Below, piece after piece: positions 1-12,894 of a stretch of DNA of 64,000 bases (within the stretch, counting starts at the first letter, position 1; each line of letters opens with the position of its first letter). This stretch comes from Trypethelium eluteriae (Eukaryota): positions 62,001 through 126,000 of the forward strand of contig JAVECL010000009.1 in assembly GCA_051942245.1 (NCBI GenBank). The letters are read 5' to 3'. The position numbers and the translations under genes are program-made. The notes beneath the pieces are model-generated. The model saw only the letters and a program-made list of their open reading frames with translations. It had not been told where the DNA came from and made no database searches.

Positions 1-840
1 ATGTAATTTGGTAGGCTTGCTACGAATAGGTCAGTTACACGATAGCTCTTCACGAATGAGTTGATTGGCTGACTCTTAAGATAATTGCCTGTGTCTATTT
101 GGACAGTTCCAATGTTCACGAAGTTGTGGAGACGTTGCGATTTGGTAGCTTCAACCAGAGCATCATAGTCAGTGACGACAAAAGACCCTGACTCAGTACC
201 CCTGGGTGCTTTCAAGGGGACTTTTTCTAAACTAACACTATCGTCTCGATCACGGGAGACGCCTAGCGGAGTGTCTATATTCCTGAGACTGCTGCGCCCA
301 GTGCCCTTGAATCATGTTAATACTGAACGAAGAATGGACTGATCGGAGCGTAGTTACCAATTTAGAGAAGTCTGCGATATTGCTGTGTTGGAGGGCCTGG
401 GGCGAGATGGTACTTGAATAAGTACTGGCTGCTAGGTTGTATGCATTCTGTGCAGGTCCAGGGGTCAGGCTCGGATCAAGCCGAGATTCGTTATAGTTAA
501 GATGGCCATTGAAGAAGTTGTGGCCAGGGTATGCGGCTGATGTCTGATGTGTGTATGGGTGATATCCAGTGTTTACTGATGCGGAGGCAGGGTCATGATG
601 GATTGGAATGGTGTTGCTATTCCAGCCCTGCCGAAGCGCATGCGACTGATGATTGGCTGGAAAGGTAACCTCGTCAGGACCGTGATCGGGCGGCCACAAA
701 GACGGGTCATATTGATTATTGGCAGCGCCAAATTGCAGATCACCGTAATTCGATAGATTGTTGCTATCAGCGAATAAGCTGCGGCCTGGTGCCCCCGGCA
801 TCCCATTCTCGCGTTCACGCGACACGTGATCCGAGTTCAT
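1..840 (-). CDS. Hypothetical protein, 5' part only (runs off the window start; intron-containing)
   Basis: ATG at 840; N/S/P/Q-rich N-terminal ORF 250..840; after a probable intron near 300-360 a second reading frame continues (…VVTDYDALVEATKSQRLHNFVNIGT…). No recognisable domain in the visible part. Confidence 0.6.
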
Positions 841-1010
841 GTTGAAATGTATCGTGGATCACGGGGAACAAGTGCGCACAGACCGCGACCAGGTTGGACC
901 GGCGTCGGGTGGCAGACGCGGCCGGCAGTCGCTGGTTGGATGCAGATGATCACCACCCGTTGAAGCAGCGCCCGATTGACTAGCCGTATGAGGCGACGGA
1001 GTAGCCTGAT

Positions 1011-1060
1011 CTGGTAAATTTGGGTGAATTTGGGTGAATTTGGGCGAATCTGGATTGAGT
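1011..1060. repeat. Imperfect 10-bp tandem repeat (TGGGTGAATT)x~5
   Basis: ctggtaaatt tgggtgaatt tgggtgaatt tgggcgaatc tggattgagt, in the divergent intergenic region. Confidence 0.8.
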
Positions 1061-1866
1061 TTGGAAACCAGCGTTACTGAGCCAGAAGGTTAAAAGCTCC
1101 GCCTGGGGCCAGAGGATTTCGGTGCTGTGTCCTGCCGCCAGCAATGCAGTGCTGAAGGACGTGCCGGTATGGGATGTAGAGAAGGAAGCTGGGAGCTTAA
1201 GCTGCGCCCACAATACTCAGTGATCAACCACCGCACTCCCAAGTTACTTGGCGAGAGCTCGGTACACGATGCCTTTTAGATGGCTGTTGTGCCACTGTTC
1301 ACTGCGGGACTTGATGATATTTCGCTGCATCGATGAGCACTGAGTACTGAGTACCCTCTCGAGACCAAATCTCGCGCGACCGACCGCCACCCAAGTCAAC
1401 GTCGCCACACACTTCCGCCGCCGCCACCGACACTTCGTCCTGCGACAAAGAACGCCAGGCTTCTTATGTAGAATGGGAATACTCAGATGCACGAAGGAGA
1501 GGTTGGAGCCGATCAACGCAGCAATCGCCAGCTGAGTGGTTATGGAGGGAAGGTTGTGAAGAGGGGAGGGCGAGGCAAGTGAGGTTACGGCGGGAAAAGT
1601 GCAGGAGCTGGGCAGTACTTAGCGCCGGTCGGTCAAAGTTCGGTCCGACATGCTTAGCGTCATCTGCTTGGAGTGGAATTATGCCATGCTGATGAACAAA
1701 GTGTTTGCATGAGACCACCAAGACCTGCATGCACTTTAGCTACCTTATGTACCCTTTCTGTTAAGCAATGGAATCTGCTTGACGCGTTTTCTTGAGACAT
1801 GAAGCTACCCCACAGCTAAGTTCTTTCTCCGTTGAGATTCCTGGACGTGCCTGGTCCTCCAATACC

Positions 1867-4154
1867 ATGACCTCGACGCAACAGAGCTTACGAGACCGTC
1901 AAGTCGGTAGGCTTCCCATTTGGACCTTCTAAATTCGAGTTCACTAAAGCTGACTGGTCAGCTTCGATTGAACGGATCCTCAATCTCAACCACACCCCGA
2001 ACCAAGAGAACGGAGACGGACACGATTCTTATGCAGCAACAAACGGCCTCATCTCGAAGACGACACCTGTCCTCAATGCGGACGGTGACCCAATATGGAA
2101 GATCCTGATATTTGACAATCTAGGAAGAGACATAATAAGTAGTGTTCTGCGTGTCAGCGATCTGCGAACATGGGGCGTCACTATACACTTGAACATCGCC
2201 TCAACCCGACACTCAATACCCGATGTACCAGCTCTATACTTGGTCGAGCCTACAGCAGCAAACCTCCAGCGCATCACCTCCGATCTCTCACGAAACCTCT
2301 ATTCGCCGGCATACGTCAACTTTCTATCCTCGATACCCCGTCCACTACTTGAAGACTTTGCATCGCAAGCGGCATCGGCAGGTACTGCAGAGAGCATTGC
2401 TCAGGTATATGATCAGTATCTGAACTTCATTGTCTCCGAGCCTGATTTGTTCAGTCTTGGAATGGGTAAAGACACTTACTGGATGATGAATAGCGCAAAT
2501 ACTCAAGACCAGGATCTGGATACCTCCGTTGAGCGCATCGTGAGTGGTCTCTTCAGCGTTGTTGTTACCATGGGTAGGCAAGGATTTGATTGAATGACAA
2601 TCGAGAATGCTGATAGTTTTGGGAAGGCTCCATCCCAATCATACGGTGCCCCAAAGGAGGCGCGGCGGAAATGATAGCTGCGAAATTAGACAGGAAACTG
2701 CGAGATCACATTCTCAACTCCAAAGATAACCTTTTTTCAAACACTAACCAACGTCTACCGTCTTCTACTGGCACGTCTACCTCCAGACCTATACTCATTC
2801 TCGCGGATCGTAACGTGGATTTGATTCCTATGCTATCACATTCCTGGGTCTATCAGTCACTTGTGCACGACGTTTGCCAAATGCATTTAAATCGGATCAC
2901 CGTCGAGATATCAGCAGATGAGAACCAGCCAAACAACGCAAGCACAAAACGATCTTACGATCTTACCTCAAGCGACTTCTTTTGGAGCAAGAATGCCGGG
3001 AGGCCATTTCCACAGGTTTGTGAAGACATCGATGCCGAATTGACTAGATATAAAGACGAGGCCAGTGAGATTACGAGGAAAACAGGCGCTTCTTCCATTG
3101 AGGATCTCCCAAATGACACTAGCGCTTCAGCTAACCATCTCAAGGCTGCCATAACCCTTCTACCTGAGCTTAGAGAGCGGAAGAGCACCTTGGATATGCA
3201 TATGAACATTGCCACTGCCCTACTGAAAGGAGTCAAAGACCGGGGACTTGACAATTTCTACCAGCTGGAGGAGACGATCACGAAACAGTCCAAAGCCCAG
3301 ATCCTCGAATTGATTCAAGATCCCAACAAAGGGTCGGAGCCTCTCGATAAGTTAAGGCTCTTTATAATTTGGTTTCTCAGTACGGAGCAGGATGTATCCA
3401 GAACGGAAATGGAGAAGTTTGAAGAAGCTCTCAAGGCAGCTGGTGCAAACATTACTTCGCTTGCCTATATCAAAAGGTTGGTATGCAAATTGCTTCAAGC
3501 CCAATCTTTTGACTGATTTTCGGCAGAGTACGCGAAATCACGAAGATGACCATGATATCTTCTGCTCCAACGCAACCGACTCAATCGTCCACGTCGAATG
3601 AACTTTTCCGCGGATTCAGCTCCATCTCTAGCCGGCTGACGGACCGATTCAAAGAAGCCGGTCTGGGCTCCAATTTTGACAATCTCATCTCTGGTGTCAA
3701 GAACTTTTTACCTGTAAACAAGGATTTGACATTAACCAAAATTACCGAATCTCTCATGGACCCTCAAAATGCATCGTCATCAGCCATAGCCAAGACAGAG
3801 AGCTATCTCTACTTCGATCCGAGAAGTGCAAACGCGCGTGGAACAATGCCGCCAGCAAGTCAGGCGCGAAATCAGCCAAGTCCAGCTCCTGGAAGCTTTG
3901 GCAATGTAGGGCGAGGTATTGAAGCAAGTTTCGGACAACGGCGGCAGGGTTTTAACGAAGCTATTGTCTTCGTAGTGGGTGGTGGTAGTATGGATGAATA
4001 CGGCAACCTTCAAGAGTGGACAAGGCGGACAAGTGCTGCGGCAACGGCCGGTGGGACAGGTGCAAAGAAACGGGTGATTTACGGGAGTACGGAGTTAGTG
4101 AACGCTCAGGACTTTCTCAATGAAGAGCTGGCGCGTCTGGGGCAAGAATCATGA
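1867..4154 (+). CDS. SLY1: Sec1/Munc18-family ER-Golgi trafficking protein Sly1
   Basis: ATG 1867 ([12 protein letters not shown]), intron 1907-1961, then SIERILNLN…WKILIFD…; motifs [58 protein letters not shown]; further introns near 2574-2626 and 3477-3526; TGA at 4154. Confidence 0.95.
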
Positions 4155-4745
4155 TTTCCGATCCCTGTATACCCAACAAAGATATATCATGACAGTGAAT
4201 CCATGTTCGAATCGAGACTGCAAAGTGATGTGTCGCGCGCACCAGCGTACGGATTTGTGATGAAACCGACCATGTCACCGCAAACGCGTCTGCCTTCAGT
4301 AGCAGAACTAGCTCCGGCGGCCCAATTTATGCAGCGATTGGCACCGAGCACAGCTCAAAGGGAAAAAAGACCAGCTTGCCTTGCGGTCGAATGCATGTAA
4401 TCCACCATTGGTGCTGTTGCGGCTTGCGGAGACGATGATGTAGATTGGTCCAGCACACGACTCTGACGCAAAGGTACATCGCTGAAGGTACCGGCACCAC
4501 GAGTCATTCATTTTCATTCGGTCACAAAACCACCCAACCACGGAATCTTCCCCCCCCCTTTTTCCCCAGCTGGGTGCAGACAACATTCATCTCCAGACTT
4601 CGTCGGATCCGTGTATTTCTCTAGCTTCGACGATTCACCCCAGCAGGACCATCCTCGCCAGCAGAATCCCATCCGCCACCCCTGCGTCACACCAAATCCT
4701 CGACCTGGTCCAACTTCCTTCTCCACCTTCGACCCAGCCTCCAAC

Positions 4746-6938
4746 ATGCCTGTACGATCAAGAAGAGACATCGTCAGACGCCGGAGACGCGTCGAAGAGG
4801 AGGGTGAGGATGAGGCTTCGGGAGCAGTCGGTGTGGCGGAAGATTCGCTGAGCGAGGGATCCATTCTCAGCGATATGGATGAGGATGCGGACGCCGATGC
4901 GGACGACAGTGATCTAAGTGAGACAGATGGAACTGAAGTGGTAGAAGCTTCTCAAAAACCAGTTACAATTCCCACAGGAAACGATTTCCATGGAAGAGAG
5001 AACAGCCCGGAAAACGTTGTATCCATGTCCACTACCGACATACCTTTCAAGCGGCAAACGGATACAGAGGCGATGATGAATGGTATGAATATTCCAGAGG
5101 AGTCCGTCGAGACAGAAGTTGTCGACTTTGAACAGATGGGTGTCGACTCGCAGCCAGCTTCGCTGGGAGATTTGGGAACTAGCCATACACCCAGTACTCG
5201 ACCAGAGACATTTGCAGACCGGAAACGCCGCGAACATGAAGAATATAGGAAAAAACGTGATTCCGATCCCGCCTTTATCCCAAACCGTGGCACTTTCTTC
5301 ATGCATGATCATAGGACCGAATCGCCTGGTCAGAATGGCTTCAAGCCCTTTGGGAAAGGCCGTGGAAGAGGTCGGATAACTGTTGGCGGCCCCTTCTCTC
5401 CAGCAAAGTACGTTTGTTATATTCTTCGTCCTTTTGCTTACTCTACAGAAATAATTACTCTGACAAACATTAGCAGTTCAGTGCCTCCAGCCTCAGAGCC
5501 AGCCGCCGCCAAATGGGAACATGACTTGCACGCGTCTCACGAAATGGAAAGACCAGGCCAGCCGGCTCCCGTCACCTCAGCAGCTACCAATCAGGGCTCT
5601 ACTCGTCCTCCGTTCTCTATCAGTCAAGGCTCTCAGCCTGCTTTAGAAAAGCAAGAGCGCTCCTTCTCAACACAAATTGGTCATGCACAAATCAGGCTCT
5701 CGTTGCCAGGCATGAAACAATCCATCACATTCTCTGCCGTTCCTCTCCACAGACACACTCGCCTTCCAAACCACCGACCGCCTCTTCGTAGGGACAAACC
5801 AGTTCGCATCTCACTTCCTGAACAACCTCCTCGATACATCTTTCCATCTACCGAACGATCTTTCATTTTCATCCCGAGAGCTTTACGGCCAAACCAGCAG
5901 GGCTTCGGTCGCGGCAGACTGCGAGGCTCATACTCGGCATATGGTGGATACTCGAGCAGGCGTTCTAGTGCGTACGGCGGAAGCATTTATTCACCGAGCG
6001 TCGCCCTAAGCAGAAGGTCTTCCCTTGCCAGAGAAATCCCACGCGACACTTTCCCGTCACCGACAGGATCCATATCAGCAAGGCTTCCTTTGACAGCGCA
6101 AGAAAGAGGAAAACCCGTAGTCCGACTTCCTGGGGCTGCCGCTCCCGCAGCTCAGTATACGCCTGACGTGAGTGTGCCTTCCCAGGGCCCTCACAGTGTT
6201 CCATTGCCTCAAAAGCCGACATACCGAGAGAATTGGCCAGCACAGCTGCCAATGCATCAGCCACGCCCGCAGAAGGCCATTTCAGTTACGGGTATCGAAT
6301 CTCCCATGTCAACATCTGTTCATGCCCCACAACAACAAGAACAGCAGCCCTTCCACCAGCAAGTGCCTTCTCACATGAATGGACAAGCTGCACCTGCACC
6401 TGCTGCTACTGCTGATATGCCAACCTTCTACCCGCACTCCCGGCAGATGTCCCACCCCAGTCAATTCTCTGGGGAGACCCCACTCTCCAACATTCCAGAG
6501 CGTGCCATCCACGCTCAACCTTTCCAACCTCCCACCTTCCAGCAGCCGGTGTATCCGCCGACGTATTCTGCTCAAGGTGGCTACTTCTATGCTCCGGCGA
6601 ATTCTGGGCTCCAATATAGTGCTCCACTGCCTCCCGGCGCCGTGACGGTGCCTGTCTTTGTTCCAGCGCCGTATGGTCAAGCACTGCCAAACGCTGCCTC
6701 AGGCCCTGGACCCGACCCGAATACAAGTGCCTCCGGCGCAGTTCAATCCAATATGGTTGCACATGAACAGAATGGTATGGTTTATTACTACGATCCATCG
6801 CAGCTGTACAACCACGGGGAAGGATACCCGGCGACAGGTTACACAGTGCCCGGCATGGGTGGGATGATGACACCGAGCCCCGATGGCTACTACTATCCGC
6901 AAGTACCATCAGGTCCAGTCTACTATCAAGCGCCTTGA
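4746..6938 (+). CDS. CASC3/Barentsz (Btz) eIF4AIII-binding domain protein, proline-rich
   Basis: ATG 4746 (MPVRSRRDIVRRRRR); Btz-type motif HEEYRKKRDSDPAFIPNRGTFFMHDHR and, after an intron at 5408-5473/5476, KWEHDLH; acidic N-terminus and long P/Q/Y-rich tail. Confidence 0.85.
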   Translation: MPVRSRRDIVRRRRRVEEEGEDEASGAVGVAEDSLSEGSILSDMDEDADADADDSDLSETDGTEVVEASQKPVTIPTGNDFHGRENSPENVVSMSTTDIPFKRQTDTEAMMNGMNIPEESVETEVVDFEQMGVDSQPASLGDLGTSHTPSTRPETFADRKRREHEEYRKKRDSDPAFIPNRGTFFMHDHRTESPGQNGFKPFGKGRGRGRITVGGPFSPAKYVCYILRPFAYSTEIITLTNISSSVPPASEPAAAKWEHDLHASHEMERPGQPAPVTSAATNQGSTRPPFSISQGSQPALEKQERSFSTQIGHAQIRLSLPGMKQSITFSAVPLHRHTRLPNHRPPLRRDKPVRISLPEQPPRYIFPSTERSFIFIPRALRPNQQGFGRGRLRGSYSAYGGYSSRRSSAYGGSIYSPSVALSRRSSLAREIPRDTFPSPTGSISARLPLTAQERGKPVVRLPGAAAPAAQYTPDVSVPSQGPHSVPLPQKPTYRENWPAQLPMHQPRPQKAISVTGIESPMSTSVHAPQQQEQQPFHQQVPSHMNGQAAPAPAATADMPTFYPHSRQMSHPSQFSGETPLSNIPERAIHAQPFQPPTFQQPVYPPTYSAQGGYFYAPANSGLQYSAPLPPGAVTVPVFVPAPYGQALPNAASGPGPDPNTSASGAVQSNMVAHEQNGMVYYYDPSQLYNHGEGYPATGYTVPGMGGMMTPSPDGYYYPQVPSGPVYYQAP

Positions 6939-7901
6939 GTTTTCTATACTTCTAATCGGGCGTTGCGGGAATGCTACTTTAGTTCTTCCCTTTCCGTTTC
7001 CATTCTAGCAGAGTGTGTGGACTTGATCGCGAGCCTCATCGAGCGTTGCTTATTTGTGCTTTGAGCGTTCTATATTGTGACCCCCCCTTTTTTTTTCTTG
7101 CTTTCCTTTCTTTTCTCGTCCTTGGCTTTAACGGCATTCTGAATCCTGCCAATCACTATTCTTTCCTCCCTTTTTGAATTCGCTCAACCCTCGAACCTCT
7201 ACCCCCAAGTGCAAAATTCCATTACACTACGAGTTTAACTTCGGTTATCTGTATCATCGGCATGAGTTGCTACGGAACAAGCTGTTTGGTGATGAGTCTG
7301 TGGGAAGCATTGCTTGGTCGATACTGCGTCAGCACTTGAGCTGAGCAAGGCCTGGTGAGATGATTAGTTGAGTCTACGTCCGTTGGGGTCGAATATATAG
7401 ATAGAAAATGAAGGTGCTTTCAGGCAGCATCACTAGTAGCACCTCGCGATACCTAGCGGCCCCGCACAAGATTCTCGTGCAGCTGTCTGATTAATGGTCG
7501 CTTCTCAATGGTGAAGGTTGGGAGTCGGTGAGTTCGTCGTAACCGGTGCTAACCTTGGTTATGCAGCACCAAGCCCGATTTGGATAGCGCCTTACCCCTC
7601 GGTTGTGCACAACCAGCATAATATCACTGCGCGCGTCATGGCAGCCTAGAGAGCCGTGAGGGCCCTTACGGCCTCACGGCCTGTAACTAACTAGCCCACC
7701 CGAAGCTCCTCTTCTACCACACCTCAACCATCCACTTCCCTACATCCACCCCTATCCAACCCCGATCTACCTCCCTTTCTTCATCGTCAGCTGCCTTCGC
7801 CAAAGCTAACTTGACTTTGTGGAGCTCTCTGAGCCATCAATAAGCTTGTCGGAGGCGGATCGCTGTTCCTCTGGCCTTTGCAGCCTCATCGTTTCGCCAT
7901 C

Positions 7902-10900
7902 ATGGCCACCGTCAGCAATGCTCCGGTGACGCCAGATACTCTGATCACCGTCAAGGTGCTCATCGAAGGCAACACTCGCAAATTCAAGCTTCCTCTCAAC
8001 AACCTGACAGCCCAAGTCTTGCCGGAGAAGGTACGTGTCCCCTCATAGTTTCCTCGTTGAGCCGGCTTGTGCGGGACAAGCTCGGGTAGAGCAGGCAACC
8101 GTTGGACTGACACAAAACCACCTTGCAGCTTCGTCACCTCTTGGATATTCCCCCTAACCAGGGCATCAAATTCGAGCGCTACTCTGACAGTGCTGGTGCT
8201 TTCATCGTTCTCGAGCCTGGCGATCTCACTGTCTACAAGACACTCCATCGCGCAGCCAAGGCTAAACTTAAGCTGCGACTCCGTGTAACCCCGCTGCCAG
8301 TGGAGAGGAAGATGGATCAACCTAATCAACAGAATATCCCCGGATCTTTCGTGCAACCCCCTCCTCCCCCTCCTGTCCCTAGTGTTGCACCACCTCCACC
8401 CGCTACAGGCTTAGCAGCTGCCCACTGGGCCAACGTGCCACCTGCCATTGTCTCATCGCAGCAGTCGTCTTCCTTAGCGCCAACGCCTAGTCCGAGCCAG
8501 AACCGACGCACTCCAGCTGGAGTGCGCTTCCAGGGCGTCAACTTCAATGGGCAAGATACTGCTTCTCGCGCTCGCCAGGCCAGACAACAGTTCTTCGCTG
8601 AACTCTCCAACATATCTCAGAAGCGTGATCTCGCGTTGCGACTCAAAGAGGCAGCCCCATCTGTACCGCAAGTTTCCGCTGGAGCTTGGTCAGTGTATTG
8701 CAACGAATGCGACAAGCCCATGACGGACGAACATTTCCATTGCAGCATCTGTGATGACGGAGACTATGACCTTTGCCCCGAATGTGTTTCAGCAGGTAAA
8801 GTTTGTCCCGGGGCAAATCACTGGCTCATCAAGAGAACCCTCAAGGACGGTCGTGTTGTCAATAGCGTTACCGAAAAGGTTGCACCTAAATTACGGGCTC
8901 AACTTCAGACCGAGAAAGAACAAGAGAAAGAGATGCCTGGTGCTTTCACCGAGGAGCCAAAGACGGTGCTTGTATCCCAAGCTGAGCCAGCGTTTCAACT
9001 GATGCCAAAGTGTGTGCCAACACGTACTTGCAATTCATGTGTCAAAGGTTCGTTCTGCAGTTGAGGGAATGGGAGTTTGTTTACTAATACTTCGCCATAG
9101 TCTTTGAAGAGGACAACTTTGTTCACTGCACAAGCTGCGAAGATTATGATCTTTGCCTGGCTTGCCATGACAGCATGAACCATGGTCATCATCCAGCCCA
9201 CGAATTCAAGCCAGTTGATACGCAACTTGAGCTCAGTACTGCGTCCGAAGCACGCTGCCGAGCTGGTCGTAATCAGCGCCATGCCGCTACATGTGATGGC
9301 TGCGAAAAGGTATGCCCAACCTCCCCACGCAATTTCGACAACGTACTGACCCCGAAATAGCGCATCTTTGGTGTTCGTCACAAATGCTTGAATTGCCCCG
9401 ACTACGATCTCTGCTCGGATTGCGTCAAGAGCGCGCAACAAAAGCATACAGGCCATCGCTTTGCGCCATTGTATGATCCACTTCCTGCCCCGCGCCTTTC
9501 AGTTGTTCGGCATTACGGTATTTACTGCGATGGGCCTCTTTGCAGCGGGTCGGAATATCAGACATTCATCACCGGTGTCCGCTATAAATGTGCCGTCTGC
9601 CACGATTTCGACCTTTGCGCCAACTGTGAGGCCCTGCCAGGCAATCCGCACAACAACACTCACCCGCTCATCAAATTCAAGACTCCCGTGCGCAACGTAA
9701 GTGTTACTACGATGGGTGAGGACAAGGATGGTGCTCCTCTTCGCACCATGGGTGATCAGCCTTCTCGGCGCTCGACTGGCACTGCGACTGCTTCCGTATT
9801 TTCTGTCCCTTCGCCTACACCTTCAAACAAGAGCACTCCAACAAAGGTGCAGACTGTTGCTGATCTCAAGCCCACGGACGAGAAGGCTTCCAGAGCTGAC
9901 GTCACCGAGCTATCAAAGAAGATTGTCACGCCTACTCCCCGCAAACAGACGACTGGCCTCGAGATCGCACAGCCCAAGGATGCTGAGCTTAACGCCCACT
10001 TTGTGCGCGATACTATTCCGGACGGTACCAATTTGCGTGCTGAAGAGCGCTTCACTCAAGTCTGGACACTTCGCAACCCAGGTCCTCATGCCTGGCCCCA
10101 AGGTTGCAGCGTACGTTACGTCGGAGGCGACAACATGCTCAATGTTGATCACAGCCACCCTGCTAGCGCTTCCGAAATTGCTAGTGCTACTGAGAGTAAT
10201 CTCGTTGACCGGCGCATTGAGGTGGGCGAAGAAGTCGCTTTCCGTGTCCTGATGAAGGCTCCTAAGCGAGGGGGCAAGAGCATTTCCTACTGGCGTCTGA
10301 AGGCACCCAACGGAACTCCTTTCGGTCACCGGCTGTGGTGCGACATCAATGTAGTAGTTACGGGTCCTGCTACCCATGACATCGCTAGTCCTGCTGCTGC
10401 GCCAGCCGAACTGGGTAGCACAACGGAGCACATTGAATACGCTGGACCAAGCATGCGTGCCCCTCCGACTCGTACACCCACCGATATGTATGAAGAAATG
10501 GTTCGTCGACTTGCCGCCAAGCGCAAGGCCAGCCAAGGCCTTATGGAGAAGGCAGGTGAAACGCAATTCAAGATAAACGAACAATTTCCAACGTTGACAC
10601 CTTCCAAGGGAAAGGCGACGCAAACACAGGTCATTACAGAAGCGAGTTCGTCGCAGCAAGACGCAACAGAGGGCGACTCGATGATCTTCCCACGTCTTGA
10701 TAAGGAATCTCCTGTTCCCAGCGTCCACGAAGCTACTCTTCAGGCGGCACCGACTGTCAAGTCTGAGGATGCTACTGCCTCGTCTCCAAAGTGTACCACT
10801 GACAGAGATGGAGAAGTTAAAGAGAAGCAAGAAGTGTTTGAGGATATGGGAGAAGACATTGAGAGCCTTGAATTGGCAAGCGAGTCAGACGACGATGGAT

Positions 10901-10983
10901 TTGTCACAGATGAGGAGTATGATATACTTGACGCGAGTGACGACGAATTTATGCAACAGGGTCAGAAAGGTTCCAAGAACTGA
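7902..10983 (+). CDS. NBR1: NBR1-type selective autophagy receptor (PB1 + four ZZ zinc fingers + FW/Ig-like domain + C-terminal AIM)
   Basis: ATG 7902 (…DTLITVKVLIEGNTRKFKLPL, PB1-like); ZZ motifs CNEC…CSICDDGDYDLCPEC, CNSC…CTSCEDYDLCLAC, CDGC…CLNCPDYDLCSDC, CDGPLC…CAVCHDFDLCANC; FW domain (FTQVWTLRNPG…WPQG…SYWRL…FGHRLWCDI); acidic EEYDIL; introns 8031-8128, ~9048-9100, ~9310-9360. Confidence 0.9.
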
Positions 10984-12894
10984 GAATTAACTTCTCAGTC
11001 ATGCCTCCTATGCCTCAAGTCATGGGATAAGAAGGACGGAAAGGTGGCACTTTGCCGAAGAACGGATGAAATTATGCCTAGTCTTCTACTCTTCTTCAGT
11101 GCTCTTGGACCTCTTTCCTATTCGTCTTTCCGTAGTGCGTCTCTTGCACGTGGTTGCTAGGCTTACCTCCCACCTCTGGATAATGAACAACCTACACTAC
11201 GACGCTCGCTTTCGGGGGATGGGCCGGTGAAGGACGTGGTGCATGTATTCGCAGAGGTCGCTCCTTCTCAGACGCCAGATAGAGCTCTCGAGCTAACAGT
11301 CTTGGTCGCCTCGATGTTTCCTGTAGTTTAGTGAAATGGAGTCTGGGCCTTTTTTCATATAAGACACCACCACAGCTGAGCGATGCAAATCGGCTCAACG
11401 ATAATAGTCGAGTTTATAGTGAGATCTCGTGGCATGCAATGCTCTGAATTTCAGGTGACCGTGCGTTTCGGCGGCTGACGCAACGGTTTGATCCCCGGAT
11501 CAGCCAAACTCGTGCTCGCTCCATCTGAGGCAAGACGTTGACGTTGTCGTTTGTGGGCCAACCTAATATTTAAGGGGTGCTCGATTGTATGGGCGTCCAA
11601 ACAACCAGGTCATGTTACTTGGTCGGTTTGACGTGGGTGCAGTAGCGCCTTGATGGTGCGATAAGAGAAGCCTCACGAGCCTCGCTTGCGCGTTCATCAT
11701 CCCGATCTCTCTTCCTTCTCTTCTCGTTCTGTAAGAAAGACCAGTCAAAATCATGGGGACGTCTAGCTGCTCAAGCTACCTGAGTCCTGCCTTGCTCCCT
11801 AATGTGACATCATTCTCAGACGAGCATTAAAGGTATGTATCTAGGATCTTGAGAGACTAGATGTCTTTCGTGCTTTACGTGCTTGCTAGGATTGGCAGGC
11901 ACAAGTCTCGTAGCGCTCCACACCATCAGACTATCTCTGCACCTGCTGGGCTATCTGCAAGGGCCAAATGAGGAATCACTCGGGAATTCCCACTGCTCCT
12001 CTCAGTATGCTTTTCAGTCACTGCCAACGTCATCGCTTCCTGTTTTCCAACTTCTCCCTCTGGAACGCCGCTTTTAGCTTCGCTTCTGCATCTCAGTTCC
12101 TTCGCAGGGGTTTCAGAAACAAATTTGGTCCACACGATAGATAACGCTAGGGGACGACTACTTTCCCTTATCTCGTGGTACACCGGAGATCTCTATCGAG
12201 GCGTGTGCCACTCGGAATTCGGCTCTAATCCCAAGCCTATGGCTTCTGGACAAAGACACCCCCAACACCAAGGGGGCATATGGTCTGCTGGTACAATCCA
12301 CCAGAACACGCGTCAACATGACGCGCCACCTGCCCCTACAAACCTGCTTTGTCCCCTTTCCCTTGCTGTAGCCCTGGCCTTCACAGTTCAATACGGCTAG
12401 TCAAACGTTTCCAGCACGGTCAAGCGGGCCCCAGTGCCTAAAGTATGGCCCCTCAGGCGAATTATCTCTACTGCAGCCATTCAAGTATCGAGCATATCTC
12501 TAATCGGCACATCGGTGGCGTGTAGGCTATGCTGTGGAAGCGCTACGCTCCTACACACGTATGTGGAACTGCATCCTATTCGTGCTCTGAGGAGGCTCAT
12601 CGGTGCCTGTAAAGCATAGCTCCTCCTGCGTCGGCTCAACGGGGGGATGCCTCCTGTTGGATGTTTGAATGACCGTGAACATCCTCACCGGCATCTGATG
12701 ACGTTGCCTGTCACGAGCAAGCAGTGCCGTGGACTTTGTTTTAGGTAGGTGTTGTGCAGCAGACTGTACGATATAAGGAAGCCCGAATATCTCTGCATCT
12801 GTTTTTCTAATTGTCTTTCTTGTCGTCTCCTACACTCGGTCTTCTTTCACAAGTTGCAATCTTCTACTTACCAGAACTGCCCCCAATATCCACA

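Noticed and set aside
7289..7345. GTGATGA…CTGA box C/D-like pair (similar pairs at ~48187-48292 and ~58660-58700)
   Set aside because: Spacing atypical and no recognisable rRNA-complementary guide.
9913..10830. 305-aa antisense ORF inside NBR1
   Set aside because: Antisense shadow with non-protein-like composition.
11176..11186. CTGGATAATG resembling part of a TPP riboswitch (also ~52097)
   Set aside because: The remaining conserved aptamer segments are absent and no thiamine-related gene is adjacent.
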